DNA of 64,000 bases, taken from contig CAWDXG010000004.1 of the NCBI GenBank assembly GCA_963806225.1, positions 2,784,001 to 2,848,000 of the forward strand, read 5' to 3'. Positions 1 to 9,800 of this stretch are shown here, piece by piece (the first letter of the stretch is position 1; each line of letters opens with the position of its first letter). This DNA is from an uncultured delta proteobacterium (GTDB lineage: Bacteria > Myxococcota_A > Polyangia > Polyangiales > Polyangiaceae). The position numbers and the translations under genes were made by a program. The notes beneath the pieces were generated by a model that saw only the letters and a list, made by a program, of their open reading frames with translations, was not told the DNA's origin and ran no database searches.

Positions 1-1089
1 GCGGATCGGCTTGGCGAACGAGTCGGTGGCATCTCCGTACTTGTGCTTCATCGCCAGCGCCTTGGCGCGCAGCACGGCCACCTCGCAGCCGACGCTGCTC
101 CAGCGCTGCTTTTTCGGAAGCGACTTCAACAGCCGGTCCGCCGCTTTCCCGGCGCCGTCGTCCTGACCGGCACCGAGCAGCGCCTTGACCCGGATGAGCT
201 GGTCCTCCGGCGTCAGCGGCGCGAGCTTCGAGCGCAGCTTCTGCGGCAGCATGGTGAGCGCGCGCTTCTCGAGTGCCTGGGCGCGCCCCAGCGCGTCGCT
301 GCCCGAGCCCGTGTTCTCGAGATCCACGCGGCGCGCAAGCCGGAGCGCCTCCGCTGTGTCCTCCTGGGGCGCGGGCGCCGCGTCCCCTGCGTCGGCGCGC
401 TTCGCAGCGTCGGGCTTTTTGGCATTGTCCGCTGCCCGGTCGAGCAGCGCGCCGGCGAGCTTCAGCGACACGTCCACTCGATCGGAAACGTCGTCTCCGC
501 TTTGCAGATGCTGTCGCCAGGTCTTGATCGCCAGGTCGTGGTCGCCGTTCCGGTCAGCAGCCTCGGCGATGAGCAGTCGCGTCTCGTCGGCGAGCGGCTC
601 GTCGAGCCGGACGTGACCGAGCCGTTCAAGCGCCGTGCCCACGTGCCCGGAGCGCAAGAGCACGCGCCCCGCGCCGAGCCAGGCATAGCTCGACAGCGGC
701 CAATCGGCGGCTGCCGCCAGCTCGTACGAAGCCGCCGCACCGCGCAGGTCCCCCGCCTTCTCGCGCAGCCGCGCGAGCAGCATCTGCCAGCGAGGCACAT
801 CCGCGCCGGAGGGCGGGCTCTTGTGCATCGTCTTCATCACCGCGGCGGCGGCGCCTGCCGGGTTGCCCTGCGCCAGCAGGCGTCCCGCGGGCGCCAGGGG
901 CGGCGTCGACAGCAGCGGCGAGAACTTCTCGAGCGACAGCAGCGGGTTGCTCCCCGCATCCGCCTTGGCCTCGACGCTGTGCACGGCGGGCGGCGCGGCG
1001 GTGAGCGGCGTGGCGATCGGCGAAGGCGGCGGCGGGCGCTGTCCCGAACACGCCACCGAGACCAAGACGAGCGGCAGCAGGCGTCGCAT
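1..1089 (-). CDS. TPR-like lipoprotein, partial (runs off window start); possibly the N-terminus of a lytic transglycosylase
   Basis: Not in the ORF track. Read manually from ATG 1089: MRRLLPLVLVSVAC (lipobox), Pro-rich linker, then helical TPR-like segments, open to position 1. ATG overlaps the TGA of the upstream ORF. Transglycosylase identity is inference only; no catalytic domain lies in the window. Confidence 0.75.
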   Translation of the reverse strand, partial: MRRLLPLVLVSVACSGQRPPPPSPIATPLTAAPPAVHSVEAKADAGSNPLLSLEKFSPLLSTPPLAPAGRLLAQGNPAGAAAAVMKTMHKSPPSGADVPRWQMLLARLREKAGDLRGAAASYELAAAADWPLSSYAWLGAGRVLLRSGHVGTALERLGHVRLDEPLADETRLLIAEAADRNGDHDLAIKTWRQHLQSGDDVSDRVDVSLKLAGALLDRAADNAKKPDAAKRADAGDAAPAPQEDTAEALRLARRVDLENTGSGSDALGRAQALEKRALTMLPQKLRSKLAPLTPEDQLIRVKALLGAGQDDGAGKAADRLLKSLPKKQRWSSVGCEVAVLRAKALAMKHKYGDATDSFAKPIR

Positions 1090-1586
1090 CAGCGCTTTCC
1101 CGGCTCGCTCCGTCGCCGGCGGGCCTCCCACACCTCGCCGGCCGCTTCTTCCTGCTCCGCCTCCACGCGCGCATCGAGCTCGCGCTGCCAGCCTTCGCGG
1201 TGCTTGTCGACCGCTTTCGCTTCGGCGTCCGCCGAAGCCAGCTCCCCTCGCGCCACCGCCTCGGCGCGCGCCTGCTCGGCAGCGCGGTCGCGCTCCCGCC
1301 GCTCGCGCTCTTCCGCTTTCGAGACGCGCTCCGCCGCGCCAACGGAAAAGCTCGCCGCCTGCTGCAGGTCGCCGACGCGCGCCCCACCCTGCTCGATCCG
1401 CTCCCGCTCGGCGCGCTCCACCTCACGGGTCCGCGCCTGCTCGCCTTTTACGGCGCGGTCGGCAGCCGCCGCCCGCTCTTTCGCCTGCTGGGTCCGGCGC
1501 GCCTGCTCGGCGACCTCGAGCGCGCGCTCGTCCACGGCCCGGCGGCGCATCCAGCGTAGCGATTCGAGCGGATAGCGCCGCTTCAT
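1089..1586 (-). CDS. FliJ/SctO(YscO)-like coiled-coil protein
   Basis: 165 aa, highly charged helical protein; N-terminal RYPLESLRWMR and C-terminal KAVDKHREGW...EQEE resemble T3SS/flagellar ATPase stalk proteins. Confidence 0.55.
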   Translation of the reverse strand: MKRRYPLESLRWMRRRAVDERALEVAEQARRTQQAKERAAAADRAVKGEQARTREVERAERERIEQGGARVGDLQQAASFSVGAAERVSKAEERERRERDRAAEQARAEAVARGELASADAEAKAVDKHREGWQRELDARVEAEQEEAAGEVWEARRRRSEPGKR

Positions 1587-1797
1587 GCTGCCGTCCCCAT
1601 CGCGCGCATCAAGCCCACATCCCCGACCCTACCGCATGGTCCGGGGCTGGGCGACTTAGCGGCCGGCGGGACGGCCCTGCTACTTTGGGCCGCAGGGCCG
1701 GAAGCTATGCCGATCTCTAGTGGGGGGTCCTGGCAGCCGCTCCACACCGCGGATACGCCACACCCGCGCCGCGCTCGTGCGCCCGGCTTCGTCGCAG

Positions 1798-4194
1798 CTA
1801 GGCCGGGCCCTGGATCGAGCAGAAGCCGTTGATGCACACGTTCGTACTGTCGCAGCAGTCCGCGGACGTAGTGCACTTTTCCTGCGGCTTGGAGCAGTTG
1901 TTGTTCGGCTTGTTCTTGGTGCACGAAAGCGAGCCGCTCGACGGGTCCGGCTCGCAATAGCCGTTGCAGCACTGGTCACCGGACTGGCACGACTGGCCGT
2001 CGGCACGGCACGGATCCAGCACCCAGAAGGCGCGCATGTTGCCGGCGAGCAGCTCCTGCGCCGGTAGGTAGAACGCCGGATGGCTGGGATCGGTTCCGTT
2101 CTTTCCGGTCAGATCCACCGCCGACACCCAGAGCTTCTTCGGCGTGATGTTCTTCACCAGGTCGACGCCGCGCGGGTCGCTGCAGAAGGGCGGAATGTCC
2201 GCCACGTTGCCGTACATGCGCCGGCTGGTGAACACGACCCAGGCATAGCCGCCCGAAGCGACCGGGTTCACGGTCGGCTCGTAGCTCAGGTGCACGTCGT
2301 CACCGTGATCCGGATCGATGTTGCCGACCTGCGAACCGTCGCCGGTACAGCTCATGTTGATGGGCGCGGCGAGCTTGGGCAGGTACGAGTTACCGGACGC
2401 ATCCAGACCGTTGAGTGCGTTCAGCACAGCAACCTGGTTGCCGCTGGCGCTGGTCCAGGCGATCTCCCCCTTGGAGCCCTTGCGCGTGCGCAGATCGCCG
2501 CCGCCGTTGCCGTCGAGTCCGGCCTTGGTCTGCGAATCGAACACGATCGACTTTCCGTCGGGGAAGAACGCCGGCCACCCGGGCCGGTTGTCGGCGGGCT
2601 TGCCCGTTTCGTCGACGACCTCGACCGGGTTCGAGAAGGTGTTCGTCGTGGCGTCGAAGTCCATCACCACGAGCTTCTGCGTCGGGTTCGTGACGCCCGG
2701 CCCCGCCATCGGGTTGAACACGACCTTCTTGCCGTCGGGCGAGAACGCCGGAGTCCCGAGGTTGGTCGACACGCTGGCAAGCCCCGTGGGCGTGGTCGGC
2801 GTCGCGCCGCCCGGCAGCGGCAGGAGCTGTCCGGCGGGCGACAGCGCCATCGACCCGTCCGGATAGATGCCCGGGAAGGTGGCGCTGTTGACCATCTTGG
2901 TCTCGGTCGCACCCGACGGCGACAGGTCATAGGCCGAGGTCTGGCCGTAGTTGTCCCCGTCCTGCACCGCCAGGCGCGAGCCATCGGCCGAGACCGAGTG
3001 ACAGACGCGGCACTGCGCCGCGCCGCCGCTCGCGCCGGCCACCAGCTGCGGCGCCGTATCGCCCACGTGGATCGACAGCACCGCGCCGCCGAACATGTGA
3101 TCGCCGCCAACCGCGCCGGGGTAGTTCTTGGCCAGGTTGGTGCCGTACGAGCCGTAGTAGATGATGCCGCTGAGGCGCGCCGGCGCGATGGTCCACGTCT
3201 CGCTGATGGGTCCATACGCGCTGCCGCCCTGCTCCACCCAGAGCTTGACGGTGAGCTGGTTCGGCGCGCCGCTCTGCGTCGTGCCGCCCGCGCTGTCGGT
3301 CGCCATCGCCCAAACGTCCTGGGGGATCGGATGGCGGATGAACTTGCCGCCCGTCTGCTGCAGAATCGCCGGGCGCCCGAACGTGCCGTTCCAGGAGAAG
3401 GAACCGTTGGTCGTCGACAGCTCGATCTGCACCGCGTCGGCGTCGCCGATCGACCAATCCCACATGAGCAGCGGCGCGAGCATGCCACGCGGAAAGACCG
3501 TCTTGTCGTACGGGTACAGGAAGTGCAGGTTCTGCGCCTGCCCATTGCCGGCCGGGCTCTTGAAGGCTCCGAGGATACCCGCGTCGCTCACCTTGCCGCC
3601 CAGGCCCTCGCCGCCCACGCCGCCGATTCCGCCGCCGGCCGTGAGGTCGCCCACCTTGCCGGCGATCTGCGGCGCCTCGTCCGGGTTGTTCGGATCGGCG
3701 CCATTCTGCTGACCGACGATCTTGACCAGCACCTGGCGGTCGAGCGTCTTGCCATTGTAACCGGCCGTGACGGTGACCAGACCGCCGACCTTGCCCGTCG
3801 GGGTCAGATCGGCGCTACTCGCCGGCGCCGACGGCACGGTGCCGATGCTGCCGCGATCGACCGTCCAGGCCGCGCTGACGGGCTTGCCGTCGACCGTCGC
3901 CTTGTAGGTCACGGTCGGCGTGGTCTGTCCGGCGACGACGGTGATCGTCTGCAGCGTGGCCGGCTGCACGTCGAAGCCGTGCGCCGCATCGCTCTGGTTC
4001 CCACTGTCGAAGTTGATCACAACGTCGCCGCCGCCGGTATCCCCCGGTCCCCCGTCGGCCGGCCCGCCCTCGTGCGCGCCGCCATCCTGCGGATTCGCGA
4101 TCCCGCTGCTCGAGCCTCCGCACGCGGCAAACACCGCCGCCACGAACAGCGAAACCCACAGAAGCGCGCCCCAACGATAGAGTCTGCCAAGCAT
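1798..4194 (-). CDS. Large lipoprotein with TolB/PD40-like beta-propeller and Cys-rich C-terminus
   Basis: Lipobox VFAAC; PAFSPDGKKVVF and PAFFPDGKSIVF repeats; WVVFTSRRMYGN; C-terminal tail with paired Cys (CC) motifs. Start set at MLGRLY. Confidence 0.8.
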   Translation of the reverse strand: MLGRLYRWGALLWVSLFVAAVFAACGGSSSGIANPQDGGAHEGGPADGGPGDTGGGDVVINFDSGNQSDAAHGFDVQPATLQTITVVAGQTTPTVTYKATVDGKPVSAAWTVDRGSIGTVPSAPASSADLTPTGKVGGLVTVTAGYNGKTLDRQVLVKIVGQQNGADPNNPDEAPQIAGKVGDLTAGGGIGGVGGEGLGGKVSDAGILGAFKSPAGNGQAQNLHFLYPYDKTVFPRGMLAPLLMWDWSIGDADAVQIELSTTNGSFSWNGTFGRPAILQQTGGKFIRHPIPQDVWAMATDSAGGTTQSGAPNQLTVKLWVEQGGSAYGPISETWTIAPARLSGIIYYGSYGTNLAKNYPGAVGGDHMFGGAVLSIHVGDTAPQLVAGASGGAAQCRVCHSVSADGSRLAVQDGDNYGQTSAYDLSPSGATETKMVNSATFPGIYPDGSMALSPAGQLLPLPGGATPTTPTGLASVSTNLGTPAFSPDGKKVVFNPMAGPGVTNPTQKLVVMDFDATTNTFSNPVEVVDETGKPADNRPGWPAFFPDGKSIVFDSQTKAGLDGNGGGDLRTRKGSKGEIAWTSASGNQVAVLNALNGLDASGNSYLPKLAAPINMSCTGDGSQVGNIDPDHGDDVHLSYEPTVNPVASGGYAWVVFTSRRMYGNVADIPPFCSDPRGVDLVKNITPKKLWVSAVDLTGKNGTDPSHPAFYLPAQELLAGNMRAFWVLDPCRADGQSCQSGDQCCNGYCEPDPSSGSLSCTKNKPNNNCSKPQEKCTTSADCCDSTNVCINGFCSIQGPA

Positions 4195-4246
4195 TGTGCA
4201 GAGTGTACGGGCGGCGCGTACCCCCAGCAAGCGGAGCGCCCGCAAG

Positions 4247-6514
4247 CTAGCCGCGGCGGCTGATCATGATGGTGGCAGAGGGGGATTCACTCGCGATGCG
4301 CAGGGCGACGTCCCCGAACAATCGGCGCCGGCCGACGCGCTGCAGCCCGAGGATCACCAGATCATTCTCCCGCGCCTGCTCCACGATCGCGCCGACGATG
4401 TCGTCGGCGAGCACGACCTGGGTGACGGGTTTGCCCCGCGTCTCGTCCTCGGCCAGCCGCATCAGGTGGCGTCGCGTCTCCTCCTGCTCGTCCTCGGTGG
4501 CAGTCGTCGGCAACACGCCCAGGAAAGTGACCTTGGTGGACTTGCTGCGCGCCAGGCTGCCGATGAGCCGCGCTCTGAGCTCGTCCTGAGCGGAGCGTCC
4601 TCCGACGGGAACCAGGATGCGCGTGGTCTGCTCGAGCCGCCAGCCGGGCGGCGCTCGCAGCACGGCCACGTCGCAATCGACGTCGTTTAGCAGCCCTTCC
4701 AGGTGCTTGCCGCCGTTCTCGTCGTCCGCGCCCATCTTCGACAGACCGACCAGCAGACTCTCGCAGCGGTGTGTGCGCGCCACGCGGCTGATCTCCGCCC
4801 AGGGCGCCGGCGCGATCGTCATGAGCGCTTCGGGCGAGTGCCCGGAAGCGAGCGACGCGGTGAGCGCTTCCGAGAGGGCCTGCTGTGCTGCAACGAGCCG
4901 CGGCGGCGGCTGGCTTTCCTTCACGTTCTCGGGCCGCTGCATGACGCTCAGGAGCAGCACCCGGCCCACCGCCGGCGGCGCGAGCGCGCCCGCCACGGCG
5001 ACCATGGCCGGCGCGCTCCTGGGATTCGCGACAGGCACCAGCACCAGCGGGCTCCGCCCCCTCAGGCGCACCAGATCGGGATCGCGCGCCTGGGTGAACG
5101 CATCGACGGCTTCTGCACGGCTGGCGAAAAGCGCGTAGTAGAGGATCACGCCCAGGCCCAGCCAGATGCCGCCGATCGCGCCCGCGGCCGGCACCGCGAA
5201 GGCCTGGAAGATCGCCATCGCCGCGCAGGCCACGCCGCCCACCACCGGCACGGCGGGGAACCAGGGCGTGCGGAACGGCGACGGCGCATCCCCCGCGCGG
5301 CGCCGCGCCAGGATGCTGGTCCAGTGCGCCAACGCGAACGAGACGAGGAAGATCAAGCTTGCGGCAGCACCCGCCGCCGCCACATCGGGCACCATGAGCA
5401 GGATGCCGACCAGCGCCAGCGCGCTCGCGTAGATGGCCATCACGGGCGTGTGCCGCGTAGCGTGGCTCTGCGACATCACGCGCGGCAGCGTGCGGTCCTT
5501 CGCCATGGTGAGCGCCACCCGCGACGCCGCGAGCAGGTTCGCCTCCAGCGCGGAGAGCGTGGACAGCACCGCGGCGATCACGACCAGCCAATAGCCCACA
5601 GGGCCGAGGTAGTTCCTGACCGCCTCGGCCATCACCGTGCCGGGGTTCTGCTCGCTCATGGTCGTGATGGACACCGAGCCATGCGTGCCCACCGTGGCCA
5701 CGATGAACAGGAGCGGCAGATACACCGCCAGCGCTGCACCCAGCGACAGCAGCATCGCGCGCGGGATGTTGCGCGCCGGTTGCTTCACCTCGCCAGCGAT
5801 GGCCGCCACCAGATCGAAGCCCTGGAGCGCGATGAACGTGAAGCCCATCGCCTTGAGCAGCCCGCCCGCTCCGTGCGGGAAGAACGGCGTCAGGTTCCGG
5901 TGAATCGAGCTGCCCGAATGCTGGGCCATCACCCAGAACCCGGCACCGATCAGGAAGATGAACACCACGACCTTGCCCACGGTGGCCCACTGCCCGCCGC
6001 CGCTGGACTTGCGGATGAGCGAGACCGTGTAACCCGCCGTGGCGACGATCGCGAGCAGCACTGCCGCTCGATGCGTCCCGAGCAGCGCGGGCGCGTGACC
6101 GGCGGCGAGCCGCCATAGCTCGGCCACCATGAGCAGCGCGTACTCGGCGAAGCCGAGCGCGTAGAGCACGCCCGCGACGATGTACGCGAACCACAGCACC
6201 CACCCCACGCCGAACGCCGCGCGCACGCTCAGCACCTTCTTGGCGAAGGTGTAGGCGCCGCCCGACTCGGGGAACGTGGCGGACATCTCCGCGAAGCTCA
6301 GCGCCGTGAGGATCGCGATGACGCCGTTGACCGCGAAGGCGATGATGGCGGCGGGACCGGTGGCGGCAAACGCAGCGCCCGCCAGGACCAGGATGCCGCC
6401 ACCGACAATGGCCCCCACTCCGACGCCGGTAGCGCCGAGTAGCCCGATGTGCCGGCGGCTGCCCGGGATCGATCGGCGGGACGAGGGGATTCCTGAGGGT
6501 GTTGCGTCTTCCAT
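4247..6514 (-). CDS. APC-family amino acid permease fused to C-terminal USP-like domains
   Basis: GAIVGGGI, FAEMSATFPESGGAY, AGEVKQPARNIPRA, about 12 TM segments; C-terminal VLVPVANP, RILVPVGG and DLVILG USP motifs. Confidence 0.9.
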   Translation of the reverse strand: MEDATPSGIPSSRRSIPGSRRHIGLLGATGVGVGAIVGGGILVLAGAAFAATGPAAIIAFAVNGVIAILTALSFAEMSATFPESGGAYTFAKKVLSVRAAFGVGWVLWFAYIVAGVLYALGFAEYALLMVAELWRLAAGHAPALLGTHRAAVLLAIVATAGYTVSLIRKSSGGGQWATVGKVVVFIFLIGAGFWVMAQHSGSSIHRNLTPFFPHGAGGLLKAMGFTFIALQGFDLVAAIAGEVKQPARNIPRAMLLSLGAALAVYLPLLFIVATVGTHGSVSITTMSEQNPGTVMAEAVRNYLGPVGYWLVVIAAVLSTLSALEANLLAASRVALTMAKDRTLPRVMSQSHATRHTPVMAIYASALALVGILLMVPDVAAAGAAASLIFLVSFALAHWTSILARRRAGDAPSPFRTPWFPAVPVVGGVACAAMAIFQAFAVPAAGAIGGIWLGLGVILYYALFASRAEAVDAFTQARDPDLVRLRGRSPLVLVPVANPRSAPAMVAVAGALAPPAVGRVLLLSVMQRPENVKESQPPPRLVAAQQALSEALTASLASGHSPEALMTIAPAPWAEISRVARTHRCESLLVGLSKMGADDENGGKHLEGLLNDVDCDVAVLRAPPGWRLEQTTRILVPVGGRSAQDELRARLIGSLARSKSTKVTFLGVLPTTATEDEQEETRRHLMRLAEDETRGKPVTQVVLADDIVGAIVEQARENDLVILGLQRVGRRRLFGDVALRIASESPSATIMISRRG

Positions 6515-6580
6515 CCGCTCGGGGCCTCTCGTCGTGCCCGGCGCGCGAGTATATCAGTCACCACAACGCCTGAAATTCCT

Positions 6581-6628
6581 GCAAACGTAGCAGAATGCCA
6601 CACATTTGTGTCATTTTGCTACAGTTGC
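6581..6628. promoter_or_regulatory. AT-rich 48-bp imperfect palindrome between divergent genes
   Basis: Arms GCAAACGTAGCAGAATGCCACA and TGTGTCATTTTGCTACAGTTGC pair at 18 of 22 positions around a 4-nt centre. Confidence 0.6.
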
Positions 6629-6771
6629 GAGCACTGAACGGGGTGCCGCGCGTAGTGGGGCGCGGAGGTGACACAGCAGCCATGGTGCTCGGACACGTCC
6701 CCCTGGCTGCCACCGACTGCGCCTTCCACGCCCCGCCGACACGTAACCTATGATGCGGCTCCGGAGGCAGC

Positions 6772-8052
6772 ATGAAGGTTCGTTCCGCTTGCTGGGTCGT
6801 TGGAGTCTCGGTGTCGCTGGCTGCCTGCGGGAGCAGCGCGAACAACAGCGCGGGCAGCGGCGGTTCGGCAGGTGCGGCGGGATACGGCGGCGCGAGCGGC
6901 AACGCGGGCACCGGCGGCAACGCCGGCAAAGCGGGAGCGGGAGCAAGCGCCGGCACCGGCGGCAACGCGGGTGCGGGAGGAAGCGCGGGTGCGGGCGGGG
7001 CCGGCGGATCGGGTGGCGCGAGCGGCTCGAAGAAGTGGTCGATGGGCTACTACGCGAGCTGGGCCGCGAGCCAGCTTCCGGTGAGCGCGATCGAGTGGTC
7101 GGGGATGACGCACGTGGCGATGTCGTTCTACACGCCGCACGCGGACGGCAGCCTGACCCTGATGGCGGGCAACGCGACGCTGGCCAAAGAGCTCGTCGAC
7201 GCGGCGCACGCGCACGGCGTGAAGGCCATCGCGTCGATCGGCGGGGCGGGCTCGGGCTCCGACTTCCAGAACGCGTCGGGTTCGATGCAGGCGTTCGTGA
7301 AGAACCTGGGCGCGCTGCTCGCCGACCCGGGCTACGACGGGCTCGACTTCGACTGGGAACCGCTGACGACAGCGGACGAGGCGACCGTGACAACTCTGGC
7401 CAAGCAGGTCCGCGCGGCGTACCCGAACGCGATCCTGACGATCCCCATCGGCTACGTGAATCCGAACGCGAAGCCCGATCTCTCCGGCTACACGAGCATC
7501 GCGCAGGCCTTCGACCAGCTGAACATCATGACGTACGGCATGGCCGGCGCGTGGCAGGGCTGGAAGAGCTGGCACTCGAGCGCGATCTACCAGACCGATC
7601 CGGCCACACCGCTCTCGGTCGACTCGAGCGTGCAGCTGTATCTCAAGGCAGGCGTACCCGCCGCGAAGCTCGGCATCGGCATCGGCTTCTACGGCCTGTG
7701 CTATTCAGCGCCCGTCACGGCTCCGGACCAGGCTCTCGGCGGCTCGACGGTGGTCGCCGACGACGGCACCATGAGCTACGCGCACATCATGGGGGCGTAC
7801 TACGGCGCGGGCGCGCGCCAGTGGGACTCGCTCGCACTGGTGCCGTACCTTTCCTTCAGCTCGGCCCACGCGCCCGAAGGCTGCACCTACATCTCCTACG
7901 ACGACGAGCAGTCGATCCAGGAGAAGGGCAAGTACGTCAAGAGCAAGAACCTCGGCGGCGTAATCGAGTGGGAAATCAACGAGGGCTACACGCCGTCGGC
8001 GACGGCGAAAAATCCGCTCTTGACGGCGGTACGCAACAGCGTGTTGAACTGA
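6772..8052 (+). CDS. GH18 chitinase-like lipoprotein
   Basis: Lipobox LAAC, Gly/Ala linker, SIGG motif, catalytic DGLDFDWE, MTYG, SYDD, LGGVIEWE. Confidence 0.9.
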   Translation: MKVRSACWVVGVSVSLAACGSSANNSAGSGGSAGAAGYGGASGNAGTGGNAGKAGAGASAGTGGNAGAGGSAGAGGAGGSGGASGSKKWSMGYYASWAASQLPVSAIEWSGMTHVAMSFYTPHADGSLTLMAGNATLAKELVDAAHAHGVKAIASIGGAGSGSDFQNASGSMQAFVKNLGALLADPGYDGLDFDWEPLTTADEATVTTLAKQVRAAYPNAILTIPIGYVNPNAKPDLSGYTSIAQAFDQLNIMTYGMAGAWQGWKSWHSSAIYQTDPATPLSVDSSVQLYLKAGVPAAKLGIGIGFYGLCYSAPVTAPDQALGGSTVVADDGTMSYAHIMGAYYGAGARQWDSLALVPYLSFSSAHAPEGCTYISYDDEQSIQEKGKYVKSKNLGGVIEWEINEGYTPSATAKNPLLTAVRNSVLN

Positions 8053-8071
8053 GCGCTCAGCGGACCGGGGG

Positions 8072-8617
8072 GTGGACCGAACGGGCGTGGATGTGACGGT
8101 GAACGCCCGCATGCGCTACGCCCTGATCTGCGACACGCAGCTGGCCAATTGGGATAACCGCGGCAACGAGATCGACTACGTGGCCGCCGCGACGTGCCAG
8201 GGCGGAGGCTGCGGGGCGCAGAACGCGCTGGTCTGCGCGGACCAGAGCTGCACGCAGCCAGGCGACGTGAGCAAGTGCGGGTCGAGCTGCTCGTCGTGCA
8301 GCGCGCCGTCGAATGGCTACCCGACCTGCCCCAGCGGCAGCTGCGGCTACTCCTGCTTCGACTCGCAGCAGGCCATCTGCGGCGGTTGCTATCCGTCGGA
8401 CTATTCGGAAAAGTGCGGCGGCTGCTACCAGAACAGTGACCCCAACCACTGCGGGTCGAGTTGTCTGGTGTGCGATCCTCCGACCGGCAACTCCACGCTG
8501 GACTGCGACTATCCCGGCCATGCCGGCTGCTGCTGCTACACGTGCAGCAGCGGCAAGTACTGCTGCGAGTGCCCGGGCCCCGTCGGTTTCGTCTGCTCGG
8601 GCACGACCTGCCCGTAG
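8072..8617 (+). pseudogene. Cys-rich repeat protein, probably a 5'-truncated remnant
   Basis: DVSKCGSSCSSC and SDPNHCGSSCLVC repeats typical of secreted myxobacterial proteins; no signal peptide or clear RBS; begins 20 bp after the GH18 stop. Confidence 0.5.
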
Positions 8618-8722
8618 CGGCGCGTGCCAGCGAGGCTTCGCGCCCGGGCTCCACGCGCCGCTCGAGCGCACCCGGGAATTTCGAGCTGGACGCTACGAGC
8701 GCGAAGTCCTACCCCACTGCAC

Positions 8723-9778
8723 GTGGCCTATCCGACGCGTTTCGAAAGCTCCTACGACCTCGCCCAGCTTCCCTGGTTCGACGTGGTGGACGGGCGGCTG
8801 GTGGTGGATTCCGGAATCCCGCCGGCGATCGACGTGCACACGCACCTCGCGCTCGCCTATGTCGTGCGGCAGCGGCTCGATCTGGAACGCGAGTGGCCCG
8901 AGACCGAACACTATCTGCCGCTGGCGAGCACGCTGGATCTGGACGTGTACGCCAACGTGAATTTCTCGCCCGGCGATCTCTCGAAGATGAAGCGCGATCT
9001 GACGCTGGGTGCGGTCACCGCCGGCGGCATGCGCCGCACCCACACCCTGCCGAATCTGGCGCGCGAGATGAAGGAGCTGGGCGTGGTGGGCTCGGTGCTG
9101 CTCGCCATCGACTACCCGTTCCTGAGCGACAACGCGGGCGACTGGCTCCGGGCGGCGAACGGACGCGACGACTTCGTCGTGTTCGGCTCGGTGCATCCCT
9201 ACAAGCCGCACATGGAAAGGGAGCTGGACCGCCAGGTCGCCCTCGGCGCCAGAGGCATCAAGGTGCATCCGGCGGTGCAGACGGTGCTGCCGAGCGACCG
9301 CCGCGCCATGAAACTGTACCGCGCCTGCGGCCGCCGCGGCCTTCCGGTGCTGTTCCACTGCGGGCCGGTCGCCATCGAGCCGCCGCTGGGGCGCTGGTTG
9401 TCGCAGGTGCGGCACTATGAAAAGCCGCTTCGAGAGACGCCGGAGACCACTTTCGTGCTCGGGCACTCGGGCGCGCTCCAGCTGGATGCCGGCATCGAGC
9501 TCGCGCGCAGCTACGACAACGTGTACGTGGAGATCGCCAGCCAGTCGCTCACGGGCGTGCGGAAGATCCTCGAGAGCGTCGACCCATCCCGCATCCTGTT
9601 CGGCAGCGACTGGCCCTTCTATCACCAGAGCATGCCGCTGGCGAAGCTGCTGATCGCGACCGAAGGCGCGCCGGAGCTCCGCGACAGGATCCTGTACCGG
9701 AACGCGGCAAGGCTCCTGGGCTTGAGCCCCGAAGCGTTGCTCGCGCTTCGCGCATCCGCCGACGAAAACCGCCGCTGA
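8723..9778 (+). CDS. Amidohydrolase (Amidohydro_2-type TIM-barrel metallohydrolase)
   Basis: IDVHTH, GIKVHP, PVLFHCG, LGHSG, ILFGSDWPF, ILYRNAARLL. GTG start at 8723 inferred. Confidence 0.9.
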   Translation: MAYPTRFESSYDLAQLPWFDVVDGRLVVDSGIPPAIDVHTHLALAYVVRQRLDLEREWPETEHYLPLASTLDLDVYANVNFSPGDLSKMKRDLTLGAVTAGGMRRTHTLPNLAREMKELGVVGSVLLAIDYPFLSDNAGDWLRAANGRDDFVVFGSVHPYKPHMERELDRQVALGARGIKVHPAVQTVLPSDRRAMKLYRACGRRGLPVLFHCGPVAIEPPLGRWLSQVRHYEKPLRETPETTFVLGHSGALQLDAGIELARSYDNVYVEIASQSLTGVRKILESVDPSRILFGSDWPFYHQSMPLAKLLIATEGAPELRDRILYRNAARLLGLSPEALLALRASADENRR

Positions 9779-9800
9779 CGTTCCGGGACCGCGCGCGGGG

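Noticed and set aside
43..1575. 510-aa plus-strand ORF and the many other long Arg/Ala/Pro-rich overlapping ORFs
   Set aside because: Antisense or alternate-frame shadows of real genes, expected in high-GC DNA; no family motifs.
1798..4194. tolB of the Tol-Pal system
   Set aside because: Only PD40-like repeats within a large Cys-tailed lipoprotein; no tolQRA or pal neighbours.
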